Below are positions 16,688 to 25,756 of a DNA stretch of 28,567 nucleotides, piece after piece. The notes beneath the pieces are model-generated. The model did no database searches. It was not told the origin of the DNA and saw only the letters and a program-made list of their open reading frames with translations. The translations under genes were made by a program, and so were the position numbers. The stretch's first letter is position 1. Each line of letters begins with the position of its first letter. The stretch comes from Candidatus Micrarchaeia archaeon (GTDB lineage Archaea > Micrarchaeota > Micrarchaeia > Norongarragalinales > CAINOH01), in NCBI GenBank assembly GCA_041652355.1, contig JBAZHM010000001.1, forward strand, positions 1-28,567. Direction: 5' to 3'.

Positions 16688-19600
16688 CTAGTCGTCCGGC
16701 TGCTTGCACTCCTCGCATTTGACGCCGTTCGCGGAGTTTGCCAGCATATTATCAATGGAGGTTTTTGCCTCAAGGGTGCTCTGCCTCTCGCATTGGTCTG
16801 GATAACTTATGCTCATAGTTCTTTCGGAAAATTTTTTGCCATTGCATGGAAGTGGAGACCCTAGGCAGCAACCATTACATTCGGGGCATAATTCGCCTTG
16901 AAAGGAGTAACCGTCAGCTTTATTGCTGCAACTGATGCATTTTGTGTTTGAAATGTATCTAATTTTTTTTGGTTGACATGGAGATACTTGACAGACTTCA
17001 CCTTCCTCGTAAACAAAACCATAGCGGTATTGACTTTCATAACAACGCGATTCGGGGTACAGCAAAGCATAGGGGGTATAGCCATTTGAAACGGACTTGC
17101 CATTGTAGTTCAGCGCATTGCATCCCTCGGGCTTCAATGAATACAGGGTTTGGGGATACAACCATTTGAATTCTGTGGTTTTACAACCAGCGTCATCGCT
17201 GCAGGTTGTACATTCGCAGTCATACGAATATGTTTCGGGTTTAGACGTTGTGAAATCGTTTTCGCAATTGTTCCCGTTAAAGCAGGCATAGCAGTTCGAA
17301 CCAAGCGTCCCGATAGTTTTTGAACAGGAATATGTTGCTCCAGCTGGATTCTTCGGTGCTCCAAACCAACCCACGCCGCGCTTGCCGTCGGAATAGGTGT
17401 AAATTATCTCTCCGGACTGGGTCAAAAAGCACGCGTCATTGGAGCTACTTCCTGCACACACACCATTGCGGGACATTTTTGTCGGGCAGCAACGCTGTGG
17501 GTTGTCTTCTTGGAGCCCCGATGCGGGGTTTGTGTATATGCTGCCTGAACACGACCCCGCAGCGCCTGAGCCTGAACCGGGTTTGAGCGTGATGAGTTTT
17601 ACCTCTGTTGATGACGGGCCATACACAAGTTTTTTGTCCCTTTCATAAATCGGAACGGGAGTGGGGCATACTGCATCGTCTGCAGCACAGAAGTACGCGG
17701 TGTTGCGCTTTTGACCGGGATAGGCAGATAACTCCTTGGGGCTGGGCACCACATTGGATAAAGCAGTATTGGGGATTATTTTGATATTCGCGCCATTCGG
17801 GTACTCATATGTGCCGGTGATGTCTACAGGCTTGGCATAACTCATCAAAGCAGTTGCCGACCCGGGCTGGTACTGGAACCATAGGATGCGCATTGTCGCG
17901 CCTTCGATTGCGGAGACGAATATGTCGTCAAGTCTGCCTTTTTTTCCGTCCGTGCTGAACAAATTGCCGTCGCCAAGGTGCAATATGCCGAGTGCGTTGA
18001 CGTTTTCGCCGAGTATTGGTTCAACAACATACCTTTTTTCATCCCCATTATCTACAAGTTTCACATTGTTCAAAGTCTTGCCCGCAAGGGAGCCTTTCAG
18101 GTTGACGAGCTCCTGGAGACAGCGGTTGATTTTCTTTTGCATCCAATCATGGGTGATTATCGGGCTGGATTTACCGGCTTCTGTCTGGGTCATCAGGTTG
18201 AAACGGTCAATTTCAACCCACCGCGAAGAGCGGACAGATGAGCCTAGGGAATATACGGGAAAAACACGCATTTTTTTGTATAATACGTCGGGTAATTCTT
18301 TGGAGTTGATTGCCAACGGCTGTGTCTGATATCCGGATGAAACTAAGTGCTCGGGCACTGCAGTAGGATTGCTGCGGGCGTATTCCGCATCGCTGAAACC
18401 GAACTTGGAACCTGAATTCGGGTCGCTGGAAGCCTCACTCATCAAAAGGTTATTGTTGAACACATACAATTCGTATTTTTCATCTGCAATCGGGTTCTCA
18501 TAATACGCATCGTATTTTTTTTCCTTGTTCCACTCCATCGGCAAGAATTGCTTGTAGGTACTGTCAAAAACAGCCATGCCGGCGAAATAACTGTCGGTGT
18601 CTATCACATTGGGCTTAATCTTGAACGGCAAACGCACGTCTCCTTTAGAAAACGAACCCATTATCGCCAGTTCGGTGCTGGATGCGGAAAAATGAATGTT
18701 TCCTTTTACATCCTTCGAAAAGCCCGCTTTCCCACCCCAGGAGTTTTCGTTAAAAAATTGCGGTTGCACGTTCGGATAGGTTATAATCACATCAACACGC
18801 GCGCTTGGAGGGACTAAAACCTTGCCAGCCACGGCAGTGCCATTTATATAAAAAACACCAGGAGTTTTTTCTCCATTAAGCCCAAATAACGCATGGTTAT
18901 CTGCAATTGAACCGGAATTATCAAGAGTCAGGACAAACCCTGCTACAGGCATTATTGAGGAAACATCAAGCACAATGCCTTCAATGATTTGACCAGCAAT
19001 GACGTTACCACTCGCATCTAATGCATACTTGTGGTATTGCTGGTCTGAAAAATCAAAACGCACGCGCTTGTCTTCCGCGGGCTTAAGATCAAAGGAATAA
19101 GGAACGCACACCTGTAAGTCAAGATCGCAGGTCTCACCGGGTTTAGTGCACCCGGCATTGGAGGTGCAAACAGTTGCCTTCATGCATAAGCCATCCGGAT
19201 CGAATATCAAGCCGGAACAGCAGGGCGAACCTGGCGAATACGCTTCGCCTTCAGCCTTGCACGCTGCGGCGACGCATTTTTTCTGGTTCTGGTCGCACGT
19301 ATAAGAACTTTCGCAATACGAATTGTCACGGCAACCCTCAGCACACTTGCCCCCAACACAAATCTTGTTCAAACTCCCACACACAGACTTCTCATTATCC
19401 TGAGTGCAAGTTGCAGGCACACACTTCAAATTAGTTTTGTCACAAACAAAAGAACTCCCGCAATAAGAATCATCACGGCAACCCTCAGCACACTTGCCCC
19501 CAACACAAATCTTGTTCAAACTCCCACACACAGACTTCTCATTATCCTGAGTGCAGGAAATCGGAGTGACTATTGCAGTTGGCTTTACCGTTACAGTCGG

Positions 19601-22600
19601 AATGACCGTGGCAGTTGGCTTTGGAGTTGGAGTGGGCGTTGCGGTTGGCGCAGTGTATGTATAGTCAAAAGTAACTTGCACGTTTGAAGCAGTGCACTCT
19701 CCGCCCTTGGAGGAGGGATTGCAACAGCCAACATACACTGCATTGCGGCCTTTTTGGAATGCAAATGGTATTCCGGAGCCCTTGTTGTATGAAAGGTCCA
19801 GGGTATAAGCGTATTCCAAAGTCGAACCGGACTTGTAGTTCATTGCAAAGGGCAGCTTTTTGGCAGCCAAGTCAGTTGGTCCGATTCTGCAGGGCGCGTA
19901 CACGTTGGTGGAAACAGCCACATTTACTTTTTCAGTTGATATCGGGGCATAGCCGGTGGGAGATGATGCGGTGATTATAGGCGCAGGGTCGTGTGTTGCC
20001 TCAGGGCAGTTGTCAATGGGAATGGATACGGTTGCGGTGCGAGAATTGTCAGTTGAAGTGAAGGTAAGCTGGGTGGTGAAGTTCTTTTTTGTGGGTGTTA
20101 TCGTAAGGGATGCGGTGCCTGCGCGCGGAACCGAAATGGTAGTGGCAGTATCAAGCAAATAGGTAATCCCTGAATAGGTCATGTTCAGGCCTTGACCGGC
20201 CACTTGCACTGCCACGTTTCCTCCTACTGACAGGGTGTTTGAAAGAGTGACAGACGAGGGCTTGCCACAGGTTCCCGTACTAGCACGGTTGATAATTTTA
20301 GAAGGCGATACGGAAAGGAAATCGTCAAAGGCGGACTGCTTGCAATTTGAATAAGAAACGGAACGCGTAGAAGAGCTGCCGTCGCGTGCTGATGCCAAAA
20401 TAGTAACCGTACACGCAGTATCCCACGCTGCTGGAGCGACCATTATTTTTCCTGCGTTGCCTTTTGGAAGCGCCACGTAATACGAACCGCTGGAATACAC
20501 CATCTGCGAAGTCGCATCCACCCAGGTAAAGTCGGTTGCGTTTTGTGAAATTGCATACGCTGCTGCGGTGATGCACCCTTCCTTTGACGCGCTGACTGCA
20601 AGCTCCGCATCAAGCGAATGGTTATTCGCCAAAATAATTGGAAGCGTTTCACCGCACGAGTCAATGTCAAGCGTCCGCAAGTCCAAAAAGTCAGCGCCAA
20701 AAATGGTGATGGACTTGTTAATCGAAATGTAGTCAGGGTGGCTTGCCACAACGTCAAACTTTCCTGTGTGAATTGGCTTTACCTGGGAAATACTATAGCG
20801 GCCACCCGCGCCCTGCATTGCATCTTCAACCGAGCCCCCAAGGGCGGAATACTGCTTGCCGCCAAGAGTAGTGCCTAACTCGTCCGACAGCCAAAGCGTG
20901 CCATCAGCAATCGCACTGCCTGAGCTATAATCAGTCACAAGGGCCTGCACATCAAAAGTGCTTCCTGCATACTCCTGCTCGGGCGCATACTCCATTTTCA
21001 ACCTGCCAAAGCCGGTTGCAGACACGTAACCGGTTGCACTTGCAGCTTTGCTTGTGCCGTTGTAAAAATCAACAAAAAATTTCGCATAATCGGCCTTGTC
21101 TGAAAAAGTTACGTTAAAACGCAGCGTCGCCCTTGCAAGAAACTGCGACAGGTTGACCTCAACGAAGTTCTTTGCGCCTGCGCTTGCATTAATCACTTGC
21201 CTGTCAGTTACTGCAGAATAATTATGAAGATGGGCAAGGCTTGTTGAAAAGCCTGCGATTACGCGGGGAGACTGGATGTTGCGCAGCTGGTCTATCGTAA
21301 CATCCGCATAGAACGGCCGGCCCATTATTCCTGAAAACTTGCTCGCATAAGTTCCATTCGCGTCTGAAAATGACAGCAAAACACAAGCAGTGCTGGAACA
21401 CGACGAAGCCCCTGCAGAAACATAAAAGTCGCGGTAATCTGCAGACGGATAGCACCAATCCAATGCGGCAGAGCGGTTTGCAGAGCCAAATTCCAAATCC
21501 TGCGGCCGCCGAATAAACTCGCCATCTTTTGTTGCAGCATACCATCCGGAGAAAAACAATCGCATCTTTTCATCAGTGTATGCGCTTGGCTTTGCGAATA
21601 TCCGCACGGTTACTTCCTTGGTGCCGGTTGCGTTGTCAAAGGAATAATACGCCCACTTGTAGATGCTTGCGGGATTTTCCGAATTTCTTAAATCCGCACT
21701 GCACGAACCCGACGGGGCATAGGTGTATGAAAACATCGGGCTTGGAGACTGCACGGAATCAGGAGGCACTATTGCAAAATGCTCGTAATCGTCAAGTACG
21801 CTGCGGTTTTCATTGCCAACGGTGCCAATACGCACTATGAACCCGGACTTGTAAGTCGGCGCGTTCGCAGGGAAATTGACCACAAACCTTGCATTGTAAT
21901 ACCCGCCGCGCTCAACCCCGAAAACAGGATTGCCCGAGCTGTCGGACAAGCCGGAATACTGCACGCGATACTCGTTGCGTAGCCTTGACGGCAATAGGCC
22001 GGGAGTGTAAGTTACATTGTCAGACGCAGAAAGAAGGAAAGGCGTTGATGCCAGGCTTTCATACCCGGTTGCGGTTACTTCAACAGTGACTTTTGCCTGG
22101 GCGAACACCGAAAGCTCGCAGGAAGTGGAATTGGATACTACTACTTTGCATGACTTTGCAGGCATGTTGACTGCTTTTGCAACAACGTACGCGTCAATGG
22201 GTTTTCCTGTGATAATGTCAGTTGGAAAGACAACAAGCACTGCCTTGGAATACGCAAACACTATGCGGGCTTTTGCAACAGACTGGCCGGCTGCACTGAA
22301 CGCAGAGCTGTTTGCCGATTTTGGCGGCTTTTCAGCATATGCGTAATAGCGCATGCCAGCCTCGATATTTGAAATCGTGGCAACCCCGTCTGCGCTTGTT
22401 GATTGCACTGGATAGCCGGAAAAAATCCCGTCAAGCGTAAGGAGCGTGACTGCTGCTGCAGCTGAAGGCACAATGCCATCCGGCTCAAAGACGCTTACCT
22501 CAACTGATGCGGTATTTTGCGAATTGATTTTTCGCAGCATTATCTGCTGGGGCTCGCCAGGCTTTACGTTCCGCGCTGTTGCGGGAAAATACCCTGAAAG

Positions 22601-23965
22601 GAACGCGATTGCATAAAGCGGCGAGCTTGAACACAAATCAAACGCGGCAACCCCGCTGCTTGTTTGCGCAAGCTTTCTTGCCTTGAACGCATTCTTGCTT
22701 TCGTCATAAAGCGACACGGATGCAGGTATCGGATTTGACTCTTCATCAGCCACTCGCACGCTGTAAGTGCCGCATCCTGAGAGGTTTGCAATAGACTTGT
22801 TTGGGTTTGACTTGTTTTCTGATTTTGATATAAACTCAATATCTACGAGGTTTATCTCATCAAATGCAGACAGTACGTCTGAAGAATAATCATAATACTT
22901 TGCACTATCCACACCAGTTGCCTTTGCGGATACGACGTATTGCGCACCTTGGGCAACGTCAAACGACGCCTGGCCATCTATTGAATTCTTGCGGCCTAGC
23001 TCGGCTCCTGCAACAGATGAAAGCGTGATTTCACTTACGACGCTATCCAATGACGAGTTCTTTGCAGATACAATGACTTTGGACCTTTTCACAATGTTTT
23101 CCCTTGCGTTTGCAGAAAGGGTTATTGACGATGTAAGTGAGCGCGCAGGATCGATTATGCGGCCAGACACCGGGGCATAACCGGTTTTTTCCACGTCAAC
23201 TGCGAAAAAGTCGCGTTTTGAAAGGGGAAGCTGCGCCGAACCTGTTGCGCCAGTTGTAAACACGCCAGTGCCAATGGCTTCGCCTGTAACGTGCCTTGCA
23301 GATATTTTTGCATTGGATAACGGCGCGTTATTTTCATCGTGCACAAAAAGTGTAAAACGAAAACCTTGCGATTCAGCAATTGACGAAAGCCGAACCTCCT
23401 GCACGGTGACGTCGTTTGAAAACGCCATGAGCGAATTGGAATAATTGTCATAGTCCGGGGCCACTATAGTTACCCATAATTCTGTTCCCAGCGGAATTTT
23501 CTCAAACGTGGCTATGCCATCATAGTTTGAAGTCCTGCTTGCCAGGATTTTTCCTTTAGCCGAGCTTTCCAAATGCAGCGTAACGTTCGCTTCGCTTACA
23601 GGACCGCCGGAATCTGAAAGTAGGCGTATGGTCACGGTTGCTGTGTTTGGAGCCAAAAGAAGCGACACGAGCCCAAAAAGCACAAGGGCTGCAACAACGC
23701 AGATAAGGAAAGCAAAAGGCATGCTTGGCACGCCACGCATCTCAATCGGCTCAACAAAATTTTCGTAAACCAAAAGCTTGCGTTCGTCTTCCAAGTAATC
23801 AAGGAACGAGTAATACTTGTCCTCAATTGAAAAATATGCAGACTTGATGCCGGAGGTTAATGATGCAATCGGGAATTGCTGCGGCTGCAATGCAACCGAA
23901 CCTGCCCGTTTTCCCCCTTCCTGCTTGGCTGCTGGTTTTTCCTCAGCTGCCTGCCTTGATGCCAT
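16688..23965 (-). CDS. Giant membrane-anchored surface protein, paralog A (2425 aa)
   Basis: Uninterrupted 7.3-kb ORF, colinear with B over about the first 1430 aa (e.g. DWCY, DFLSVSPSKI, CC..GG.C). Then PT linker, Cys-rich repeats, shared domain, Cys-rich tail. Confidence 0.92.
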   Translation of the reverse strand: MASRQAAEEKPAAKQEGGKRAGSVALQPQQFPIASLTSGIKSAYFSIEDKYYSFLDYLEDERKLLVYENFVEPIEMRGVPSMPFAFLICVVAALVLFGLVSLLLAPNTATVTIRLLSDSGGPVSEANVTLHLESSAKGKILASRTSNYDGIATFEKIPLGTELWVTIVAPDYDNYSNSLMAFSNDVTVQEVRLSSIAESQGFRFTLFVHDENNAPLSNAKISARHVTGEAIGTGVFTTGATGSAQLPLSKRDFFAVDVEKTGYAPVSGRIIDPARSLTSSITLSANARENIVKRSKVIVSAKNSSLDSVVSEITLSSVAGAELGRKNSIDGQASFDVAQGAQYVVSAKATGVDSAKYYDYSSDVLSAFDEINLVDIEFISKSENKSNPNKSIANLSGCGTYSVRVADEESNPIPASVSLYDESKNAFKARKLAQTSSGVAAFDLCSSSPLYAIAFLSGYFPATARNVKPGEPQQIMLRKINSQNTASVEVSVFEPDGIVPSAAAAVTLLTLDGIFSGYPVQSTSADGVATISNIEAGMRYYAYAEKPPKSANSSAFSAAGQSVAKARIVFAYSKAVLVVFPTDIITGKPIDAYVVAKAVNMPAKSCKVVVSNSTSCELSVFAQAKVTVEVTATGYESLASTPFLLSASDNVTYTPGLLPSRLRNEYRVQYSGLSDSSGNPVFGVERGGYYNARFVVNFPANAPTYKSGFIVRIGTVGNENRSVLDDYEHFAIVPPDSVQSPSPMFSYTYAPSGSCSADLRNSENPASIYKWAYYSFDNATGTKEVTVRIFAKPSAYTDEKMRLFFSGWYAATKDGEFIRRPQDLEFGSANRSAALDWCYPSADYRDFYVSAGASSCSSTACVLLSFSDANGTYASKFSGIMGRPFYADVTIDQLRNIQSPRVIAGFSTSLAHLHNYSAVTDRQVINASAGAKNFVEVNLSQFLARATLRFNVTFSDKADYAKFFVDFYNGTSKAASATGYVSATGFGRLKMEYAPEQEYAGSTFDVQALVTDYSSGSAIADGTLWLSDELGTTLGGKQYSALGGSVEDAMQGAGGRYSISQVKPIHTGKFDVVASHPDYISINKSITIFGADFLDLRTLDIDSCGETLPIILANNHSLDAELAVSASKEGCITAAAYAISQNATDFTWVDATSQMVYSSGSYYVALPKGNAGKIMVAPAAWDTACTVTILASARDGSSSTRSVSYSNCKQSAFDDFLSVSPSKIINRASTGTCGKPSSVTLSNTLSVGGNVAVQVAGQGLNMTYSGITYLLDTATTISVPRAGTASLTITPTKKNFTTQLTFTSTDNSRTATVSIPIDNCPEATHDPAPIITASSPTGYAPISTEKVNVAVSTNVYAPCRIGPTDLAAKKLPFAMNYKSGSTLEYAYTLDLSYNKGSGIPFAFQKGRNAVYVGCCNPSSKGGECTASNVQVTFDYTYTAPTATPTPTPKPTATVIPTVTVKPTAIVTPISCTQDNEKSVCGSLNKICVGGKCAEGCRDDSYCGSSFVCDKTNLKCVPATCTQDNEKSVCGSLNKICVGGKCAEGCRDNSYCESSYTCDQNQKKCVAAACKAEGEAYSPGSPCCSGLIFDPDGLCMKATVCTSNAGCTKPGETCDLDLQVCVPYSFDLKPAEDKRVRFDFSDQQYHKYALDASGNVIAGQIIEGIVLDVSSIMPVAGFVLTLDNSGSIADNHALFGLNGEKTPGVFYINGTAVAGKVLVPPSARVDVIITYPNVQPQFFNENSWGGKAGFSKDVKGNIHFSASSTELAIMGSFSKGDVRLPFKIKPNVIDTDSYFAGMAVFDSTYKQFLPMEWNKEKKYDAYYENPIADEKYELYVFNNNLLMSEASSDPNSGSKFGFSDAEYARSNPTAVPEHLVSSGYQTQPLAINSKELPDVLYKKMRVFPVYSLGSSVRSSRWVEIDRFNLMTQTEAGKSSPIITHDWMQKKINRCLQELVNLKGSLAGKTLNNVKLVDNGDEKRYVVEPILGENVNALGILHLGDGNLFSTDGKKGRLDDIFVSAIEGATMRILWFQYQPGSATALMSYAKPVDITGTYEYPNGANIKIIPNTALSNVVPSPKELSAYPGQKRNTAYFCAADDAVCPTPVPIYERDKKLVYGPSSTEVKLITLKPGSGSGAAGSCSGSIYTNPASGLQEDNPQRCCPTKMSRNGVCAGSSSNDACFLTQSGEIIYTYSDGKRGVGWFGAPKNPAGATYSCSKTIGTLGSNCYACFNGNNCENDFTTSKPETYSYDCECTTCSDDAGCKTTEFKWLYPQTLYSLKPEGCNALNYNGKSVSNGYTPYALLYPESRCYESQYRYGFVYEEGEVCQVSPCQPKKIRYISNTKCISCSNKADGYSFQGELCPECNGCCLGSPLPCNGKKFSERTMSISYPDQCERQSTLEAKTSIDNMLANSANGVKCEECKQPDD
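19326..19555. repeat. Internal duplication in giant A: 83-bp identical segments at 147-bp (49-aa) period
   Basis: 19326-19408 is identical to 19473-19555 and encodes CTQDNEKSVCGSLNKICVGGKCAEGCRD. Confidence 0.95.
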
Positions 23966-23996
23966 GAAAAATTCTAAGACTCATAACGGCGTTGGC

Positions 23997-24007
23997 TAAT
24001 TAAAAAA
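23997..24007 (-). promoter_or_regulatory. Putative TATA box (TTTTTTAATTA) of giant A
   Basis: About 31 nt upstream of ATG 23965, in the 89-bp divergent gap. Confidence 0.45.
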
Positions 24008-24054
24008 CACGCTTTTGCAAATAACTTCACACAAAATAAGGTGCCAAAACCCAC

Positions 24055-24492
24055 ATGCCAAGTTTCCGGATACATGCAGCTGCGGGTGCCGCAGTTTTCC
24101 TTGCTGCAAACGCATTCCTTTACGGCCAAACGCTAGGAAGCCAATCTGCGGCATTGTTTGCTGCAGCATTTCTTGGCGCAGTTTTTCCTGATGTAGACGA
24201 GCGGCACACGCGGCAATTCAAGCTAATCCTCATCATTGCATCCGCATCGGCTTTCGCAATCGGCTTCCAAGCAAAGCAGGATTTTTTGGAGCCATTTGCA
24301 GCCGGCCTTGCTGCAGCAATTGCAGTAGCGATTTTAGTATTTGCATTGAAGCCAAGGCACCGGGGGATAGTGCATACGTTAACAGCAGCAGCGGCGTTTA
24401 CCGCAGCGATTTATCTTTTGCGCGGAACGGAATGCGCAGCTGCGGGGCTATTGGGCTATTTATCCCATCTTGCACTTGACAAGATCGGGTAA
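24055..24492 (+). CDS. YdjM-family (LexA-binding inner-membrane-associated) putative metal-dependent hydrolase, 145 aa
   Basis: Family motifs H(7), GAVFPDVD, HRGIVHT and GYLSHLALD separated by hydrophobic helices. Confidence 0.88.
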   Translation: MPSFRIHAAAGAAVFLAANAFLYGQTLGSQSAALFAAAFLGAVFPDVDERHTRQFKLILIIASASAFAIGFQAKQDFLEPFAAGLAAAIAVAILVFALKPRHRGIVHTLTAAAAFTAAIYLLRGTECAAAGLLGYLSHLALDKIG

Positions 24493-24529
24493 AGGGCACA
24501 GAATAGTATATGCACAAAGCATCCAAAAA

Positions 24530-25756
24530 CTAGCTGCTTTCGGACCCGTCTTTTAACTTGAAGGCTATGACATAGGTATTTGGCGTGTTTTTGTTAACTC
24601 GAAAGCGCGCGTCATTGTCTATGATGCTAAAATCAAATATCCTAGAAACAGGCGGTTGTCCTTCACGAAGATCTTCAAAATCCTCAATAGCCTTGATTGC
24701 GGCTGTTACGCCGTTGTTGATTATGTTCCCTTTAGTGCAGTGAAGCACAATATCACTTACAGTAAATTTAACCTCAAAGTCAAGGTCAGAAAAATTTTTA
24801 TCTGAAGCCAAATAGGCGCATGCGTCCCTGAATGAATAAACCAGGGTTTTCGGGTCAAACTCGGGCACTGAAACTCTTGAAGAAGGTGCAGTGGATGCTT
24901 TTGCGGCATTCGAATTTCCATACTGCACTATTGAAAACACCCTAAAGGCCGCGTCATTATATCGAAATATTGGATAGCGGATGGGCACTGGGAAAGACGT
25001 TGTGCCAAGCACGCTAGTGCGCACAGAATTCCCATAAGTATCAGTCACTTGAATGCGGGGAAGCGCCTTGAACACATCAGCATCATCAACGTTGACTCCA
25101 AGGTAGAAATTGCCCTCTTCGCATCCTGAAATAAGATTGCCCCCAATCTTGCACTGATAGGGATTTTTTAGTTCCGAACCATAGTTTGCGCAGTCAAAAT
25201 ATGGCATTGGAAGCAGCCGCTTGCACAATGTCCGGCCCGGCTCATCACCGCAGTGAAAATTGTAAACTACATCGCCTCCACCGAATGAGGAAGAAAAAGT
25301 ATCGAACTTTACCGGTGAAAACGTAAGAGTTTCAAAAGTGTTTTCGCTGCGAACTTCACGCAACAGGTCAGAAAGACCGTTTAGAAAAGTTCCTTCCGAA
25401 CTGTAAGCGGAACTTGTTAGCTCTTCGTGAAAAGTATCTGAAATTGAGGTGCATTTGGCGCTTCTTTCCGCACTTGTGAACTCGGAGATATCGTTCAGGT
25501 CCGCCCATGCATAGTTTGCCATGAAGTCTTCGCTGTTTTGCCGCAAGCCATCTGCAAAGAAAGCCAGCAGGTCTGAACGGTAAAGGTCAAGCATGGACAC
25601 AAGACGATTGTGGTACGCATCATCGCCTATTTGGCTTATTGCGCTGGCCTCGTCCTTTGAAAGGTTGACTGCATAAATTATTGCAATCAAAAAAATAAGC
25701 GTGCCAAGAAGCGGCGCGGCTATGAACGCCCTACTATGTTGCTTTTTTTGCGCCAT
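24530..25756 (-). CDS. Hypothetical exported protein (408 aa; 412 aa if started at 25768) with class III signal-peptide-like N-terminus
   Basis: MAQKKQHSRA-FIAAPLLGTLIFLIAIIYAV: basic leader, R-A/F junction, then a hydrophobic helix. The remainder is hydrophilic with several Cys. The start overlaps the end of the archaeosortase gene. Confidence 0.75.
   Translation of the reverse strand: MAQKKQHSRAFIAAPLLGTLIFLIAIIYAVNLSKDEASAISQIGDDAYHNRLVSMLDLYRSDLLAFFADGLRQNSEDFMANYAWADLNDISEFTSAERSAKCTSISDTFHEELTSSAYSSEGTFLNGLSDLLREVRSENTFETLTFSPVKFDTFSSSFGGGDVVYNFHCGDEPGRTLCKRLLPMPYFDCANYGSELKNPYQCKIGGNLISGCEEGNFYLGVNVDDADVFKALPRIQVTDTYGNSVRTSVLGTTSFPVPIRYPIFRYNDAAFRVFSIVQYGNSNAAKASTAPSSRVSVPEFDPKTLVYSFRDACAYLASDKNFSDLDFEVKFTVSDIVLHCTKGNIINNGVTAAIKAIEDFEDLREGQPPVSRIFDFSIIDNDARFRVNKNTPNTYVIAFKLKDGSESS

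Noticed and set aside
19262-19555. Possible diversity-generating retroelement template/variable repeat pair
   Set aside because: Differences are not confined to adenines, both copies are in-frame in one ORF, and no reverse transcriptase is present in the window.
8798-23999. Many antisense and alternate-frame ORFs up to 218 aa inside giants A and B
   Set aside because: Expected shadows of long Ser/Thr/Val-rich genes; no independent motifs.
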